The notes below the pieces were generated by a model. That model saw only the letters and a list, made by a program, of their open reading frames with translations, was not told where the DNA came from and ran no database searches. From Flavobacteriales bacterium (GTDB taxonomy: Bacteria; Bacteroidota; Bacteroidia; Flavobacteriales; BACL11): a stretch of 64,000 nucleotides of DNA. A program made the translations under genes and the position numbers. This document shows, in pieces, positions 1-10,053 of the stretch. Numbering within the stretch: the first letter of the stretch is position 1; each line of letters opens with the position of its first letter. Where the stretch lies: the NCBI GenBank assembly GCA_002696275.1, contig NZRO01000025.1, forward strand, positions 108,670 to 172,669. Reading direction: 5' to 3'.

Positions 1-1
1 A

Positions 2-667
2 TTGTTAGATGTTTCTGAACAAGATTTATTAAGAGAAGTCTCTCTATTTCTTCAAGAAAAAAAGAAAGTTAAATTTATCCATTCTAAAACATCGCAACAA
101 AACAAAATAGCTGCAGAAATAGAAAAAAAACCTGTAAAAACTAATCTTTTAGAAGTATGTGAAAAAGAAATATTGAGATTACTCTTTAATTATGGTAATG
201 AAATATTAGAATTTGAAGATGAAAAAATAAATGTTAGTGAATACATAATGGGTGAACTGCATAATGACAATATTACTTTTTCAAATAGTTTTTACAAACA
301 AATTATGAATGAATACAAACAAAAGATATTGGAAAAAAAGATGTTTAATCTCAATCATTTTTTAAATCATGAAAACTCGGAAATTCAACAATTATCTATT
401 TCATTTGTAAGTAAAAAACATGAAATCAGTAAAAAATGGGAGGATATTCATCATATATTTACTGGAGATGAAACTAAAAACCTGGAACTTACCATTGAAA
501 AAGCTGTGTTAAGTTTAAAACAAGCTTTCATAAAAAATGAAATTGAACAAATAAACAAAAGAATAAGTGATGAAGAGGATCCGTCTATTATAATCATTAC
601 TAAACTTACAAAACTTAATAAAGCTTTAGTAATAATCAATAAATTATTAGGCAGAAACTTTAACTAG
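2..667 (+). CDS. C-terminal fragment of a larger protein, probably DNA primase DnaG (5' end lies outside the window)
   Basis: The frame is open to the window edge and stops at TAG 665-667. The helical K/E/N-rich tail carries an ...EKEILRLLFNYG... pattern that I associate with the C-terminal region of Bacteroidota DnaG. No catalytic motif lies inside the window, so the call is weak. Confidence 0.4.
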   Translation: MLDVSEQDLLREVSLFLQEKKKVKFIHSKTSQQNKIAAEIEKKPVKTNLLEVCEKEILRLLFNYGNEILEFEDEKINVSEYIMGELHNDNITFSNSFYKQIMNEYKQKILEKKMFNLNHFLNHENSEIQQLSISFVSKKHEISKKWEDIHHIFTGDETKNLELTIEKAVLSLKQAFIKNEIEQINKRISDEEDPSIIIITKLTKLNKALVIINKLLGRNFN

Positions 668-2347
668 TTACTTTATTCCTTTTAACCTTAGTTGTAAAGA
701 GGTCTTACCGTTCCAATTATTTTCATCAACAGAATAGCATATGTCAAATTCTTGATTATTTTCTGTTTTTTTTAATTCTTTCCCCATTCCAAACCCAATT
801 GAAGCAATAGGCTTTGTAGAAGTATTTAGTACCAGCCTGAGATGGGATTTGTCTTTCCCCACTCTTTTTCCTTTTCCTGAATCAGTTACATTTCTACTAA
901 CAAAATTTGGGGTTCTATTTTTTGGTCCAAATGGAGCAAACTGTTTAATAATCCTATATAATTTAGGGGTAATTTTATTAATATCTATTTCTAAATCTAC
1001 CTCTATTTCAGCTTTTTGTTGTTCCTCTGTAATAGAACAGGCAACGACTTTTTCAAATTCTGAGATAAAAGAGTCTAAATTTTGTTTTTTAACTGTTAGT
1101 CCTGCAGCATATTTATGACCACCGAATTTTTCCAATAAATGTTCACATTTTAATAACGCGTCATATAAATCAAAACCTTTTACTGATCTAGCTGAACCAG
1201 TTAATTCATCATCCTTCTCAGACAATACAATTGTCGGCTTATAATGTTTCTCGATAAGCCTTGAAGCAACTATCCCTACAACTCCTTTGTGCCAATTAGA
1301 ACTATACACAACAGTTGATTTTTTATCTTCATCAATCATCAATAAGGCTTCCTTAGTAATATTCTGATCTAATTCCTTTCTGTCATTATTGTGATTTTCA
1401 ATACCCTCTGCTAATATTTTTGCCTTTTCAATATCTTGTTCTATTAATATTTCTACAGCTCTCTTACCATGTTCTATTCTTCCTGCTGCATTTATTCTTG
1501 GGGCGATTCCAAATACTACATCTGAAATTGACAGCTCTCCAGTTTTTCCGCTTCTTTCAATTAATGCCTTTAGACCTGGTCTAGGGCACTGATTTATAAC
1601 TTTCATCCCATAAAAAGCCAATACCCTATTTTCTCCTGTTAATTCTACAATATCTGCTCCAATACTCAAAGCCAATAAATCTAGATATTCACCTATTTCA
1701 TTAAAGTCTATTTTTTGTTGTTTACTTATAGCTTGTATTAGTTTAAATCCAACTCCACATCCAGAAAGTTCTTTATAAGGATAGGTACAATCATTTTGTT
1801 TTGGATTTAACACAGATATAGCTCTAGGTATATTAACTCCAGGGTTATGGTGATCACATATAATAAAATCAATATCTTTATTAGAGGCATATTCTACTTG
1901 TTTTACTGCTCTAATGCCACAATCTAAAGCAATAATTAAAGAAAATTCTTCCTGTTGAGCATAATCAATCGCCTTAAACGAAATTCCATAACCCTCTTCA
2001 TATCTATCAGGAATATAATAGCATATGTTTTTAGTAAATCTATTCAGAAAATTATACATCATTGCTACAGAGGTAGTACCATCTACATCATAATCTCCGT
2101 ATATTAAAATTTTTTCTCCTTTTTTAAGAGCAAGTTGAATCCTCTCAACTGCCTTGTTCATGCCTTTTAATAAAAAGGGATCATGCAAATCTGAAATCTG
2201 AGGTCGGAAAAATTTCTTCGCATCATTGTATGTTGTAACTCCTCTTAATACCAATAGATGCGAAACAATCTCATTTACCCCTAATTCCTCAGAAAGCCTC
2301 TTCACTAAATTAGAATCTGATTTTTGTATGTTCCAACGCGCATCCAT
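668..2347 (-). CDS. recJ: single-stranded-DNA-specific exonuclease RecJ
   Basis: 559 aa. DHH-family motifs are present (IYGDYDVDGTTS, ICDHHNPG), as is the DHHA1 motif GGHKYAAG. Confidence 0.9.
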   Translation of the reverse strand: MDARWNIQKSDSNLVKRLSEELGVNEIVSHLLVLRGVTTYNDAKKFFRPQISDLHDPFLLKGMNKAVERIQLALKKGEKILIYGDYDVDGTTSVAMMYNFLNRFTKNICYYIPDRYEEGYGISFKAIDYAQQEEFSLIIALDCGIRAVKQVEYASNKDIDFIICDHHNPGVNIPRAISVLNPKQNDCTYPYKELSGCGVGFKLIQAISKQQKIDFNEIGEYLDLLALSIGADIVELTGENRVLAFYGMKVINQCPRPGLKALIERSGKTGELSISDVVFGIAPRINAAGRIEHGKRAVEILIEQDIEKAKILAEGIENHNNDRKELDQNITKEALLMIDEDKKSTVVYSSNWHKGVVGIVASRLIEKHYKPTIVLSEKDDELTGSARSVKGFDLYDALLKCEHLLEKFGGHKYAAGLTVKKQNLDSFISEFEKVVACSITEEQQKAEIEVDLEIDINKITPKLYRIIKQFAPFGPKNRTPNFVSRNVTDSGKGKRVGKDKSHLRLVLNTSTKPIASIGFGMGKELKKTENNQEFDICYSVDENNWNGKTSLQLRLKGIK

Positions 2348-2348
2348 A

Positions 2349-3404
2349 TTAATTCTTCATTATTTTTGTTTGTGTAATGATTGAATATTTATGAATCACT
2401 TCAAAGAGATCAGTAATCATTTTATCGTCAATACCTATTTCATTAGCTTGTTGTTTTCTTAATTTTAAAATATTATACCATCTTTCTAATTGAAAAATCG
2501 TTATGTTGTTTTTTAATTTAAAATCTGCAATATTCATTACTAAATCTGTTCTAGAGTGTAAAAGCTCAACTATTTGCTCGTCTAGTTCATCTATCCAACC
2601 TCGCATCTTATTTAATTCGTTATTTAGTTGATTATCTTCAAATCTTCTTTTTCTAAGAATTAAATTATTTAAAATCTCTTGTAATTCTTTTGGTTTTATT
2701 TGTTGACGAGAATCACTCAGGGCATCTTTAGGAGATTGATGTGTTTCAACCATTAATCCGTTCATGTCTAAGTCCATTGCAATTTGAGAGAGTTCAAAGA
2801 TAAATGAAGAATCTCCAGCTATATGACTTGGATCACATATTATTGGTAATTCAGGATAATTTCTTTTTAATTCAATTGGGATCTCCCATTTTGGCTCATT
2901 TCGAAACACAGAAGATTCGTAAGTAAAAAACCCTCTATGAATTGCTGCTAATTTTGTTATCCCCACATTATATAATCTTTCTAAGGCTCCAGCCCATAAA
3001 GCAATTTCAGGATGAATAGGGTTTTTTATAAATATAGGAATGTTGACTCCTCTTAACGCTTCTGCAATTTCTTGGACATAAAAGGGATTAACAGTTGTTC
3101 TAGCTCCTATCCAAAACATGTCAATTTCAGCCTTTAAACATAATTCTACATGTCTAGCGGTCGCCACTTCTGTCATAGTTTTTAAACCTGTTAAATGATG
3201 AACATTTTGAAGCCACTGTAATCCTTTTTCTCCTACACCTTCAAATGAGTTTGGATTTGTTCTAGGTTTCCAAATACCCGCTCTAAACACATCTGTTTTA
3301 TCTTTTATCTCTTCAGCTATTTGTAATAATTGAAACTCAGATTCTGCACTACAGGGTCCTGCAATTATAAATGGTTTTTTTTGGATAAATCTTTCTAAGT
3401 TCAT
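2349..3404 (-). CDS. bifunctional 3-deoxy-7-phosphoheptulonate (DAHP) synthase / chorismate mutase type II
   Basis: 351 aa. The N-terminal part is a type I-beta DAHP synthase/KDO8PS-like TIM core (FIIAGPCSAESE, ICDPSH). The C-terminal ~90 aa is a helical chorismate-mutase-II-like segment (MRGWIDELDEQIVELLHSRTDLV). Confidence 0.85.
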   Translation of the reverse strand: MNLERFIQKKPFIIAGPCSAESEFQLLQIAEEIKDKTDVFRAGIWKPRTNPNSFEGVGEKGLQWLQNVHHLTGLKTMTEVATARHVELCLKAEIDMFWIGARTTVNPFYVQEIAEALRGVNIPIFIKNPIHPEIALWAGALERLYNVGITKLAAIHRGFFTYESSVFRNEPKWEIPIELKRNYPELPIICDPSHIAGDSSFIFELSQIAMDLDMNGLMVETHQSPKDALSDSRQQIKPKELQEILNNLILRKRRFEDNQLNNELNKMRGWIDELDEQIVELLHSRTDLVMNIADFKLKNNITIFQLERWYNILKLRKQQANEIGIDDKMITDLFEVIHKYSIITQTKIMKN

Positions 3405-4072
3405 TTTTTTCCCTGTATAACAATTACGAATTCTCCTTTTGGTTTTTTGTGTTCAAAATATTGCTTCAACTCTTTTGTGGTGCCTCTAATATGTTCTTCA
3501 TATATTTTTGAAATTTCTCTTGAAACTGAAATCTGTCTATCTTCTCCAAAATGTTCGCAAATTTGAGTTAGCGTTTTTACAATTCTATGTGGGGATTCAT
3601 AAAAAATTATTGTTCTTTTTTCTTCTGATAAAAGTTTTATTCTTGTTTGTCTACCCTTCTTTATTGGTAAGAATCCTTCAAAAATAAATTTTTCTGAGGG
3701 AATTCCTGAATTAATTAACGCCGGAACAAATGCTGTTGCTCCTGGTAAGCATTCTACTTCAATTTCTTGCTCTATACACCCTCTAACTAATAAAAATCCA
3801 GGGTCTGAAATTCCTGGGGTTCCGGCATCAGATATTAACGCTATCTTTTCTCCTGATTTTATTCTATTTATGAATTTAGTTAAGACCTTGTGTTCATTAT
3901 ACATGTGAAATGAAAATAACGGAGTGTCTATTTCAAAATGAGAAAACAACTTTTTAGATGTTCTGGTGTCTTCTGCCAAAACTAAACTAACCTCTTTCAA
4001 ATAACGAATTGCTCTTAAAGTTATATCTTCTAGATTTCCTATTGGAGTTGGTATAATGTATAATTTTGACAT
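3401..4072 (-). CDS. rsmI: 16S rRNA (cytidine1402-2'-O)-methyltransferase RsmI
   Basis: 223 aa. The N-terminus reads LYIIPTPIGNLEDITLRA, and tetrapyrrole-methylase-fold motifs SDAGTPGISDPG are present. There is a 4-nt overlap with the downstream gene. Confidence 0.9.
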   Translation of the reverse strand: MSKLYIIPTPIGNLEDITLRAIRYLKEVSLVLAEDTRTSKKLFSHFEIDTPLFSFHMYNEHKVLTKFINRIKSGEKIALISDAGTPGISDPGFLLVRGCIEQEIEVECLPGATAFVPALINSGIPSEKFIFEGFLPIKKGRQTRIKLLSEEKRTIIFYESPHRIVKTLTQICEHFGEDRQISVSREISKIYEEHIRGTTKELKQYFEHKKPKGEFVIVIQGKK

Positions 4073-4076
4073 ACTA

Positions 4077-4084
4077 CAAAACTA
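4077..4084 (-). promoter_or_regulatory. Bacteroidota sigma-A type -7 box (TAGTTTTG on the minus strand) for rsmI
   Basis: CAAAACTA on the + strand is TAnnTTTG on the coding strand. It lies 4 nt upstream of the rsmI ATG (4072). Confidence 0.55.
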
Positions 4085-4120
4085 CATGAAAATTTGAGAA
4101 AGTAAGAAGGATAATTTTTA

Positions 4121-4128
4121 TATTTTTG
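4121..4128 (+). promoter_or_regulatory. -7 box TATTTTTG for tdk
   Basis: Perfect TAnnTTTG match 32 nt upstream of the tdk ATG. A TTTG at 4093-4096 is a possible -33 element, although the spacing is somewhat long. Confidence 0.55.
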
Positions 4129-4160
4129 TGATAGCAACTTAAATTAAATTCTTTGTAAAA

Positions 4161-4742
4161 ATGTTTTTAGAATCGCACTTAAACCACTCAATGAAAAGTG
4201 GAAGTATTGAAGTAATTTGCGGGTCTATGTTTTCTGGGAAAACAGAAGAGTTATTAAGGAGGTTGAAAAGAGCAAATTATGCAAAACTGAAAGTTGAGAT
4301 TTTTAAACCTATAATAGACACCCGATATGATAATTCAAAAGTAGTTTCTCATAATGATAATTTTATTAATTCTACTGTTGTAAGAGATTCATATGAAATT
4401 CTAGAAAAGGTTGACAACCCTGATGTTGTTGCAATTGATGAAGCTCAGTTTTTTACGGATGACATTAGTATAACTTGTAATAAATTAGCAAACACAGGAA
4501 TAAGAGTAATTGTATCGGCTTTAGATATGGATTTTCTAGGTCGTCCATTTGGATATATTCCTAAACTTCTTGCTATTTCTGAACATGTTACAAAAACACA
4601 TGCTATATGTATAGATTGTGGAAATATTGCAAATCATTCTTTTCGAATGTCTGATAACAAGGAGCTATTTTCTTTAGGTGAAAAGAATAATTACAAACCA
4701 TTATGTAGGCGATGTTATAATAAAAGCATAAAACATGCATAA
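4161..4742 (+). CDS. tdk: thymidine kinase
   Basis: 193 aa. P-loop GSMFSGKTEEL, IDEAQFF, and C-terminal zinc-binding cysteines (CIDCG...CRRC). Confidence 0.9.
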   Translation: MFLESHLNHSMKSGSIEVICGSMFSGKTEELLRRLKRANYAKLKVEIFKPIIDTRYDNSKVVSHNDNFINSTVVRDSYEILEKVDNPDVVAIDEAQFFTDDISITCNKLANTGIRVIVSALDMDFLGRPFGYIPKLLAISEHVTKTHAICIDCGNIANHSFRMSDNKELFSLGEKNNYKPLCRRCYNKSIKHA

Positions 4743-5817
4743 CTTTCATGAAACTATACTTGAAGTAGACTTAAGAAAATTAGAAAATAACTTTAATTTT
4801 CTGTCTTCAAAGCTAAAAGAGAATTGTAAAATAATTGCAGTCGTAAAAGCATTTGGATATGGACATGGAGATATAGAAATAGCTAAAAAACTGGAACAAT
4901 TAGGAGTGTATGCATTATGGGTTGCTGATTTTGATGAGGGAATAAGATTAAGACGAGCGGGATTAAGGTCAAGAATAATTGTTGCAAACCCGGGATGGAA
5001 AAGTTTCAGAGAGATTATTAAGTATAACCTTGAAGTTGTTATTCATAATTGTAGATTGTTAAATTTTTATATTTCAAAACAGGAATATTTAAATATTCAT
5101 TTAAAGTTTAATACCGGAATGAATCGTTATGGTTTTGATAAAAAAGACTTAAATTTTGTTATTGATAGATTAAAAAACAATTCAAATCTAAATATTACAT
5201 CTATCTGTTCTCATCTATCATCAGCTGACGATAAAACTAAAAAAGATATTAGTAAAAATCAGATTGACCTATTTAATACTTTATCAAAAACTTTAGAAGA
5301 CAACTTAAATAATAAAATAGATAAACACATTCTAAATTCAAATGGTTTTATGAATTTTCCAGAAAGTCAGATGGATATGGTGAGGCTAGGAATTTCTTTA
5401 TATGGCAGTTACAACAATACCAATCTTCAGCAAATTAGTAAATTGAAATCTGTAATAAGTCAAAACAGGAATATTGAAAAAGGGGAAGGTGTTGGATACT
5501 CTTCTGATTTTATTGCAAAAAAACCAATGAATATATCTGTAGTTCCTGTTGGCTATGCTGATGGGCTAAATAGAAAATTAGGAAATAGCATTGGAAATGT
5601 GATTATAAAAGGAAAAAGTTGTCCAATCATTGGGAATATTTGTATGGATAGTTTTATGGTGGATACAAGTAAAGTTGATTGTAAAGAAGGTGATGAAGTA
5701 GTGATCTTTGGCCCAAAAAACACAATTTTAACACTTTCTAAAAAAATTGGAACTATTCCGTATGAGGTATATTCAACTTTAAACAGGAGAATTAAGAGGG
5801 TTTATATTGATAATTAA
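4735..5817 (+). CDS. alr: alanine racemase
   Basis: 360 aa. The PLP-lysine motif AVVKAFGYGHG lies near the N-terminus, with VGYADG and PYEVYSTLxxRIxR at the C-terminus. There is an 8-nt overlap with the tdk stop. Confidence 0.9.
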   Translation: MHNFHETILEVDLRKLENNFNFLSSKLKENCKIIAVVKAFGYGHGDIEIAKKLEQLGVYALWVADFDEGIRLRRAGLRSRIIVANPGWKSFREIIKYNLEVVIHNCRLLNFYISKQEYLNIHLKFNTGMNRYGFDKKDLNFVIDRLKNNSNLNITSICSHLSSADDKTKKDISKNQIDLFNTLSKTLEDNLNNKIDKHILNSNGFMNFPESQMDMVRLGISLYGSYNNTNLQQISKLKSVISQNRNIEKGEGVGYSSDFIAKKPMNISVVPVGYADGLNRKLGNSIGNVIIKGKSCPIIGNICMDSFMVDTSKVDCKEGDEVVIFGPKNTILTLSKKIGTIPYEVYSTLNRRIKRVYIDN

Positions 5818-6958
5818 CAACTATTACAGACAAAAAAATATATAATATTAGTGTATTATGCATCCCAAATAGGTAACTATCTGTAAACATAATTGCTAAA
5901 TACATTATCGGCAGCAAAATTCTTACAAATCCATCTTTTAATTTTTTTAATTCTCTAATTTGAAAATAAAAAACAGAAAGAAAGATTATCAAGCCAGGTA
6001 TTCCCAGCTCTACCCACACATATAAATAGTTATTATGAGGTGTTTGATGATATTTCACTATCTTTTCTGTTTCGTTGTCAATTTTTCTAAAGACATCTGT
6101 GAAAGCACCAGCTCCATAGCCAATTATTGGTTTCTTCTTAATAAGTTCTATGGAGTGTGTAAATAAAAGAGAACGAGAACTAGATTGTTTATTTAAAAAT
6201 CTACTTATCTCTTGTTTGTATCTTTTTTGTAGCATTTCTGAAGAGTTGTACACAACAAACAAGCCTAAAAATAGTAACCCTATAGCTATAAGCAAATACT
6301 TTATATTTTTTCTCAAGTGTATAAATATAAAAATCAGCAACAATAAAACAAAGACTAGCTGACCCGATTTTCCAGCTTCTGTAAAAAGAGAAAATAAATA
6401 AAAGGGAAGAAATATGAGAAGTAAAATTTTAAATTTCGGTTGTAAATTTAACTTAAAATAAGAATAAATTAGAATTAGTATTGTTGAAGCCAGAAAAACA
6501 TTATGTTCTGTATATTTTAGATACGCAGCGATAGTCCAGTTTTCTTCATTTATGTTTAAAATACCATAATTTTCAGAGATAGCAATAACTGAAGAAACAA
6601 ACATAGAGATAAAAAAAGTAAATACTGATTTCTTTATAATTTTATTCGAAAAATTGGTGCTGTAAAAAACTGGCAATAACCATAATAAAGAAACTCTTTT
6701 TAAGAGCCAATAAGTGTCTGTAAATGTTACAAAACAAATCGAATATATATAATATAGCAACAAAAGAATGATGATAGATACCATCCATTTACTAGAAAGT
6801 ATTTTTTTAATTTTGTGATTAAAACCTCCTTCAAATATAACGGTGATTAGCAGTGTTAAAAGTATGATATTAGTAAGAAATACCGACAGGGAAATACTTA
6901 AGGCTAGTAGAACTAAAAGTAAACTCTTAATATTACATAGTAAAGATTTATTCATCAA
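5792..6958 (-). CDS. O-antigen ligase (Wzy_C) family polytopic membrane protein
   Basis: 388 aa and very hydrophobic, with about 10 or more TM segments. It has a large loop with ...IIGYGAGAF..., typical of the O-antigen ligase/WaaL-like family. Confidence 0.65.
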   Translation of the reverse strand: MMNKSLLCNIKSLLLVLLALSISLSVFLTNIILLTLLITVIFEGGFNHKIKKILSSKWMVSIIILLLLYYIYSICFVTFTDTYWLLKRVSLLWLLPVFYSTNFSNKIIKKSVFTFFISMFVSSVIAISENYGILNINEENWTIAAYLKYTEHNVFLASTILILIYSYFKLNLQPKFKILLLIFLPFYLFSLFTEAGKSGQLVFVLLLLIFIFIHLRKNIKYLLIAIGLLFLGLFVVYNSSEMLQKRYKQEISRFLNKQSSSRSLLFTHSIELIKKKPIIGYGAGAFTDVFRKIDNETEKIVKYHQTPHNNYLYVWVELGIPGLIIFLSVFYFQIRELKKLKDGFVRILLPIMYLAIMFTDSYLFGMHNTLILYIFLSVIVVNYQYKPS

Positions 6959-8609
6959 CCCTTAAGACAGAATTATATTCTTCTAGATTTTCAATTAACC
7001 TCAAAGCTTCTTGAACATCTTTGTCGTATTTTAATCTTTCTTTTATTCTGCCTTCTTGATAATAGTATCTACTAACAATCTCACCTGATAAGAATTTTTT
7101 TATCTCCTCCTTATTATTTATTAAATCATTTTTCTTGTTAGATCTTATCTTTTTTAATATTAAAGATAATTCTTCTTCTAGCAATTCAGAAGTTTTTTCT
7201 TCATCTGTGATTTCTTTAAATATCTCTAATGCATCTTCTGTTGCCGTTGTATACTCATAATCTTTATCAGACAAGAAGGAAATAAAATCATTATATATTT
7301 CATCTGTAATTTCAAAGTTTTCTACTATATCTATTGATTCATTTTTATATCTAAAATAAGTAGCAAAATCAAATATTAACCTTTTATTCATTAATGAAAT
7401 TGAAATGTCTGAAACATTTTCATTATTAATAACTATATCTGGATTTATACCCCCTCCATCTTTTACCTCCCTCCCGTTTCTAGTGGTAAAAGTTGATGTT
7501 AAGGAATCTGGAACTTTTCCTACACTTCCGTCTTCATTTCTATTTGAATAATCTAAAGCTTGAATACATCTTCCGCTAGGTATATAGTATTTTGCAACGG
7601 TTACTTTTAACTGTGAATTATATGGTAATTTTCTAGTTTGTTGAACCAACCCCTTACCAAAGGACCTACGTCCGATTATAATTCCCCTGTCTAAGTCCTG
7701 GATAGACCCAGAAACAATCTCTGAAGCGGAAGCGGAAGTGGAATTAATCAATATAATTAATGGAGTTTTCTCATCAATTGGTGATTTTTTTGACACATAT
7801 GTTTTTGTCCAATCTTTAATTTTGCCTTTTGTGGTTACTATTTCTTCATCTTTGGCTACAAATAGATTGACAATGTCTATTGATTCATTTAGAAGACCTC
7901 CAGGGTTCGACCTTAAATCTAATATAATACCCTTTAAGTCTTGTTGAGATTTTAAATCTATGATAGCACTTTTTACTTCATTTGCACAGTTTCTTGTAAA
8001 TGACCTTAATTTTATATATCCGACACAATTCTCTATTAATCCATAATAAGGTATGCTCTTAACTGTAATTTTTTCTCTATTAAATTTTTTGGTAATCCTT
8101 TTTCCATTTCTTTCTATTAATATAGACACCCCCGTATTGGGTTGACCTTTTAAAATTGAACTGATTTCTTCTGTAGTTTTATTCTCAGCCGATATTCCAT
8201 TTATTTCTAATAATTTATCTCCTGCCATTAAGCCCGCTTTTTGAGCTGGAAAACCTTCATAAGGCTCGCTTATATATACAAAATTCTTTCTTTTAGTTAT
8301 CATAGCTCCAATACCACCGTACTGACCAGTAGTCATAAATCTATAATCTTCAATATCTGATTCTGGGATGTAAGTTGTATAAGGATCAAGTGAACTTAAC
8401 ATTTCATCAATTGCAGTTTTCATTAAATCTCCAGGCTTTATATCATCCACATAAAAAACATCTAACTCTTTATATAAGTCTGTAAAAATTTCTAAATTTT
8501 TTGAAGTCTCAAAATAACTATCTGATTGTGATTTTACTTGAAAACACAAGAAAACTAGAATAACTATTACTGTTATCTTTTTACTAAAATTGAAAGTTTG
8601 TTTTGTCAT
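6948..8609 (-). CDS. S41 family carboxy-terminal processing peptidase
   Basis: 553 aa with a signal peptide and a PDZ-like segment (GLMAGDKLLEINGIS). S41 catalytic-region motifs are present: ILDLRSNPGG, NSTSASASEI, GKGLVQ. Confidence 0.85.
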   Translation of the reverse strand: MTKQTFNFSKKITVIVILVFLCFQVKSQSDSYFETSKNLEIFTDLYKELDVFYVDDIKPGDLMKTAIDEMLSSLDPYTTYIPESDIEDYRFMTTGQYGGIGAMITKRKNFVYISEPYEGFPAQKAGLMAGDKLLEINGISAENKTTEEISSILKGQPNTGVSILIERNGKRITKKFNREKITVKSIPYYGLIENCVGYIKLRSFTRNCANEVKSAIIDLKSQQDLKGIILDLRSNPGGLLNESIDIVNLFVAKDEEIVTTKGKIKDWTKTYVSKKSPIDEKTPLIILINSTSASASEIVSGSIQDLDRGIIIGRRSFGKGLVQQTRKLPYNSQLKVTVAKYYIPSGRCIQALDYSNRNEDGSVGKVPDSLTSTFTTRNGREVKDGGGINPDIVINNENVSDISISLMNKRLIFDFATYFRYKNESIDIVENFEITDEIYNDFISFLSDKDYEYTTATEDALEIFKEITDEEKTSELLEEELSLILKKIRSNKKNDLINNKEEIKKFLSGEIVSRYYYQEGRIKERLKYDKDVQEALRLIENLEEYNSVLRVDE

Positions 8610-8617
8610 AATTACAT

Positions 8618-8839
8618 TTATGGTACTAAATCTTCACCACTTCCTCCCCAGGGATGACATTTAGATATTCTTTTTATTGTTAAAAAACCTCCTTTAAAAG
8701 GGCCGTGTTTAATTATCGCTTGCTTTCCATATTCCGAACATGTGGGAATATACCTGCATGAAGATGGGAATATTGGAGATATTACTTTTTGATAAATCAA
8801 GATGATTAAAAGAAATAAAGATGAAAATAATTTTTTCAT
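8618..8839 (-). CDS. yidD: membrane protein insertion efficiency factor YidD
   Basis: 73 aa with CRYIPTCSEY and HPWGG signatures. There is a 4-nt overlap with rnpA. Confidence 0.9.
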   Translation of the reverse strand: MKKLFSSLFLLIILIYQKVISPIFPSSCRYIPTCSEYGKQAIIKHGPFKGGFLTIKRISKCHPWGGSGEDLVP

Positions 8840-9192
8840 AATCGATTATTTATACGTTGTAAAATTACTTTTATTTTTTCTTCTAACGAATTAAAATTTG
8901 GAATTTCTGGGGATAGGTATATGACTCCTAAATGAAGTTTATTTTTATTTTTTAATATCTTCTTATTTTTCCTAAAAGACTCTCTAGTTAATCTTTTTAT
9001 TTTATTTCTGTGTACGGCCTTTGGAATTATTTTCTTTGGAACAGCGAATAATACCTTAATACTATTCTCTTCTGAAAAAACTAAATTCCAATAAACCTTT
9101 ATGTTCTCATATATAAAATAATTATTTTCATCAAATAATCTTTCAATATCTGATTGAGAACATAACCTATGTTTTTTAGGAAATTTATACAT
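8836..9192 (-). CDS. rnpA: ribonuclease P protein component
   Basis: 118 aa and basic, with an RNR-like motif KAVHRNKIKRLTRE. It sits immediately upstream of yidD, as is usual. Confidence 0.8.
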   Translation of the reverse strand: MYKFPKKHRLCSQSDIERLFDENNYFIYENIKVYWNLVFSEENSIKVLFAVPKKIIPKAVHRNKIKRLTRESFRKNKKILKNKNKLHLGVIYLSPEIPNFNSLEEKIKVILQRINNRL

Positions 9193-9249
9193 TACAGAAA
9201 TAAAAAAACACTAAAATAAATAAAAGGGTTCGAAAATCTCTTTTGATTT

Positions 9250-10053
9250 TTACTTTTTCTTTCTCTTTCTTTTGTTTGCTTTTGTAATATAATCATCTAA
9301 TGCCATGGACATAGATGGAAACTTTTTATTTGGAACCTCAATATCTGTTATTAAGTCATTACTTTTAACCGCATTTATCGTAGTAGGCCCGAAGGCTGCT
9401 ATTCTAGTATCTTCCTGTACAAAATCTGGAAAATTCTCATATAACGAAGTAATTCCTGTAGGGGAGAAAAATACTAACACATCATATTTTACATCTGATA
9501 AATCTGACAAATCAGCCGCAACAACCTTATACATTACCGCTTTTGTATAATCTAAACCACTCTCTTCCATTGTTTTGTTAGTTTGATCTTTTAACAGGTC
9601 CGAACATGGCAACAAAAACTTACTTTCTTTATGCTTTTGCATTAAGGGCAGTAAACTTGCAAAAGTTCTTTCGCCAGTGAATACTTTTCTCTTTCTATAC
9701 ACAATGAAGTTTTGTAGATAATGAGCAATGGCTTCCGAAACACAAAAATATTTAGTGTGTTCAGGTATTCTTAACCTCAACTTTTCCATCATCCCGAAAT
9801 AATGATCCATTGAATTTTTAGAAGTAAATATAACCGCATCGTGGTTTAGTATCGAAATTCTTTGTTCTCTGAATTCCATTGTAGTTAATTCATCTACTTG
9901 AACAAATGGGCGATAATGAAGTTTTAATTTATGTTTTTCCGCTAATGCGTGATAAGGAGTCTTGTTTTCTGGTTCTGGTTGTGAAATTAGAATCGATTTT
10001 ACCTTTTTCTGTCTGTCTGTATCCATATTCTTTTTCTTTTTACGCAAAAACAA
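9250..10053 (-). CDS. uroporphyrinogen-III synthase (HemD/HEM4)-like protein
   Basis: 267 aa. The pattern KVKSILISQPEPE...PY...L..., the size and the pairing with an upstream DUF4271 membrane protein match the HemD-like family conserved in Bacteroidota. The start could instead be Met10 (10026). Confidence 0.55.
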   Translation of the reverse strand: MFLRKKKKNMDTDRQKKVKSILISQPEPENKTPYHALAEKHKLKLHYRPFVQVDELTTMEFREQRISILNHDAVIFTSKNSMDHYFGMMEKLRLRIPEHTKYFCVSEAIAHYLQNFIVYRKRKVFTGERTFASLLPLMQKHKESKFLLPCSDLLKDQTNKTMEESGLDYTKAVMYKVVAADLSDLSDVKYDVLVFFSPTGITSLYENFPDFVQEDTRIAAFGPTTINAVKSNDLITDIEVPNKKFPSMSMALDDYITKANKRKRKKK

